Source: Vitrella brassicaformis CCMP3155 (taxonomy: Eukaryota > Protista > Chromerida). From it: a DNA stretch of 64,000 nt. Position numbers and translations under genes: made by a program. This document shows, in pieces, positions 61,201-64,000 of the stretch; the first letter of the stretch is position 1, and each line of letters starts with the position of its first letter. Location: the NCBI GenBank assembly GCA_001179505.1, contig CDMY01000399.1, forward strand, positions 1-64,000, read 5' to 3'. The notes under the pieces were generated by a model. It did not search any database. It saw only the letters and a program-made list of their open reading frames with translations, and was not told the DNA's origin.

Positions 61201-64000
61201 TCCCGTCATTCTACGGCGCGCAGATCTGGTACGGCCCCTTCGAGTGGCCCCTGCACGACGCGAGGCGCAAGTACGAGCACAACATCCTCAGGATGAGACT
61301 CAAGGAGATCAGCATCCACAGGAACGCCGACGAGCAGCAGACACAGCCCACGGCTGACACAGCAGCAGCAGCAGCAGAGGCGGCCAATGGGGGTGGCAGC
61401 AGCAAGGACGGTGGTGGTGGGGGCGGCGCCGACGAAGCAGATAATGACGAGGGCAAGAGGGCGGAGCGAGTCGAGCGGTGGCTGAAGGAGAGGGAGGGCG
61501 AGTTGCTTCACTACCCCCCTCGCGTCTTCCAGATCAACCAGGGCACTCCCTGGCTGCCCATCCCACTGGTGCCCGAGCGCAAGTCGGCCACACGGACGGC
61601 TGCTGAGAGGCGAAGCGCCGAGTCTCACGCGGCACTCGAGGCGATGGCTGGCGAGGTGAAGGAGTACGCCATTCCGGAGCTGTGTTGCGTGCTGGCGGTA
61701 CTGCAGCAGCACCAGCACCTCCCGATGGACTCGGAGCGGCTCAAGCAACTCTTTCACCGCTATGGCGTCAACATGCGGTACCTTGGGCACGTCCTGTCGC
61801 GCATCGAGCATACCGACACTCTCTATAATCAGCCTTACACGCACCAGCAGCAGAGAGAGCAGCAGCAGCAGCAGCCCCACTCGGTGCCGGCCGCGGAGCT
61901 GCTGCTGCGGGACATCATAGGGCGGTCGGCCAGCTACCACTTCAGCCGCATTCTCGCCCAGCAGCCCGCGGGCGCCCTTCTCGCCACAGCGGCACACCTG
62001 CTGCAATGCCTCTTCGGTGACAGCGAGCCTGATGCAGAGGCCACCGTGACGGTGCCCATCGAGGCGTCCCTGCCGGCCGCCCTGCACTCGATGACCCAAG
62101 ACCGGCTGTGGCGGAGCATCTGCGACCGTGCCAAGAAGCACTTCAGCTACGTGCTGCCGGCGTCTGTCGTCCACTGCACCCCCCTCAACCGCCACGACGG
62201 ACGGTTCGCCATCCTGCGGACCATCTGCAGAAAGGTCGGCATCTGCATCAAACACACAGCCCTGCGCAAGGTCGTCAAGCAGTACGTTGCACCGTGGCCG
62301 TCGCCACACGAGCTGCAACAGGGGAGCGGACCTGACAACAACAAGCAGCAGCAGCAGCAGCAGGCAGCCCCCTCCCCGCCCCCATCAGCCACGCCGCCCC
62401 CCACTCCCACTCCCACCCCTCCGGCCCAGACAGATGATGGGCTCCCTGTGTCAGAGGAGGCCACCACAGCGGCTCCCGACGGGCCATCGGCGGCGAGTGA
62501 CGAGCAGGCCGACATCGACAATGCGACGCTCTCTTTCGAGATGGTGGATGAGCAGCAGCAGGAGAGTGACGACCAGCAGCTGGAGAGTCATGAGACAGAC
62601 AGGGAAAGGGACAGGGAGAGGGAGAGGGAGAGGGGCACCGCCAGCCATGGCTTTGTGATCGTGTCGAGCGACTTGGTGGGGATGGTGCCTGTGGTCAAGT
62701 GCGAGGGGTGGGGTGCGCTGCGGTCGGTGTGGTCGGAGATCGTCGCTGCACAGATTGCCGGCATGCAGGAGTTCATGGCGCTCGCCATTCAGTCCTACGA
62801 GAACGCCATCAAACTCATTAATGAAAACGGACGGGCCGTCTCACGGTGAGCAAGAGAGAGAGAGCAGTGAGAGAGACAGAGAGGGAGGGAGGGAGGGAGG
62901 GAGGGTGAGTGAGCCACACACCAACACACACACACACACGTGTAGTCCTGTGTCTGCCTGTCTGTCTGTGTGCATGGCTGCAGCGAGGGTTACATTTGCC
63001 ACAGTGGGCTGGGGCACGTCCACATGCACGCCCAGCACTTTGACCAGGCGGCCCATCACTTCGCCACCGCCCTGCTAATTCTGGAGGCTCTCGAGGGCGC
63101 CGACCACCCCGACGCCATCGAGATGCACCAGAACCTTGGGCTGTGCTGCATTCCCATCCTGCAGACCTTCCAGAAGCACACCCCCCCAGCTGTGTGGAAT
63201 TCCTACCGACTCCGCTGTCTGCGGCACTTCAAGAGCGCCCTGCTGCTGCAGCGGGTGTGGGCGTGCGCCGAGAACCAGCCCCTGCCGCAGCTCGAGATCA
63301 TCTACTTCTACATCAAGGCGGCGTTCATCAGCTTCTCACAACAGGCGCTCGGCCTTAGTGGCGGGACAGAGGGGATGATGGGAGGGCTGCAGAGGGGGGC
63401 AGCAGAGGACCAGCAGCAGGCGGGCGGCCTGGCGGTGATGGCCATCCCTTATGTGCACACGCTGGCCTACTACATGGCCCACATGCTCAGAAACGGACAA
63501 CACGCGATGCAGGACAGAGCCCAAATACGCGTGAGCAAAAGAGAGAGAGAGAGAATGGATGGATGGATGGATGGACACTGTGTTGTGTGTTGTGTGTGTG
63601 GATCGCTTCACTCTGTGGTTCTGTCTGTCAGTACCATGAGTGCCTTCTGCAGGTGTTCCAGCAGTTTGAGAACTACAAGCAGGCACTGTACCACGCCCGC
63701 CAGCAGCGGACCCTCCTACTCAACATCGTCCCCTCCAAGCACGAGAAGATTCAGGTCAGTGAGGTGCAGTGCGCCTCGGGGAGGCGCCCCGCCCGTGGTG
63801 GGTCAGCCGTCCGGTCACCCAATCCATCGGCAGACGGATTCACCACACCACAGATGTGTGTGTGTGTGTGTGTGTGTATGTTTATGTGTTTATGTGTAGG
63901 AGCTGGACATGTTGCTGCATCAGCTGACGCGCAAGGCGGTGCAGACGGCCAAGCGGGGCACCCCCTACGGCCCCTTCGCCTCCATCGCCACTGGCGGCCC
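56878..64000 (+). CDS. CLU1: Clustered mitochondria protein homolog (CLU/TIF31), truncated at the window end
   Basis: SSGFNPPPSSRRLRGEIWYYEALTLEG, RDWNEELQ, VVDYGGVRFLAESLIPG, ESKLFRGTDGRQYL, LFHRYGVNMRYLG, then TPR-like helices near 63 kb. Confidence 0.92.

Noticed and set aside
60885-62849. Antisense ORFs overlapping long GC-rich exons (e.g. 61206-62318)
   Set aside because: Shadow ORFs caused by GC3 bias of the sense CLU exon.
1-64000. CRISPR arrays, rRNA, tRNA, transposase/RT genes
   Set aside because: No regularly spaced repeat-spacer units, RNA gene signatures or transposon catalytic motifs were seen by eye. A covariance-model scan would be needed to exclude small ncRNAs.

Overview
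A eukaryotic, intron-dense genomic window with GC-rich exons. Short introns and spacers are packed with (GT)n/(AC)n, GGAT, CAGA and GGGA microsatellites. This style, plus a CPW-WPC gene, a bipartite plastid-targeting leader and lineage-specific gene families, points to a chromerid alveolate, most likely Vitrella brassicaformis (inference). I reconstructed 19 spliced gene models by hand. Conserved genes: EPDR/At4g14100-like secreted protein, YigB-like HAD hydrolase, SMCO4-like micro-protein, SLC18B1-like MFS transporter, DNAJB6-like J protein, PCID2/Thp1, YEATS4/Yaf9, CPW-WPC protein, SulP/SLC26, Ykt6 and CLU (truncated at the window end). Three loci stand out. (1) An ~11.7 kb gene for a secreted protein with ~20 Sushi-like repeats, a C2-like segment and a C-terminal Hedgehog-type Hint/Hog autoprocessing domain. 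(2) An NLR-like fusion of a CHAT (caspase-like) protease with an intact His/Cys dyad and a STAND/NB-ARC-type NTPase. (3) A divergent cyclin fused in frame to a lineage-specific F-box-like family domain, next to a divergent Cks1-like gene. An identical 14-mer sits the same distance upstream of two unrelated genes. All family assignments come from motif recognition by eye, and no database search was run.
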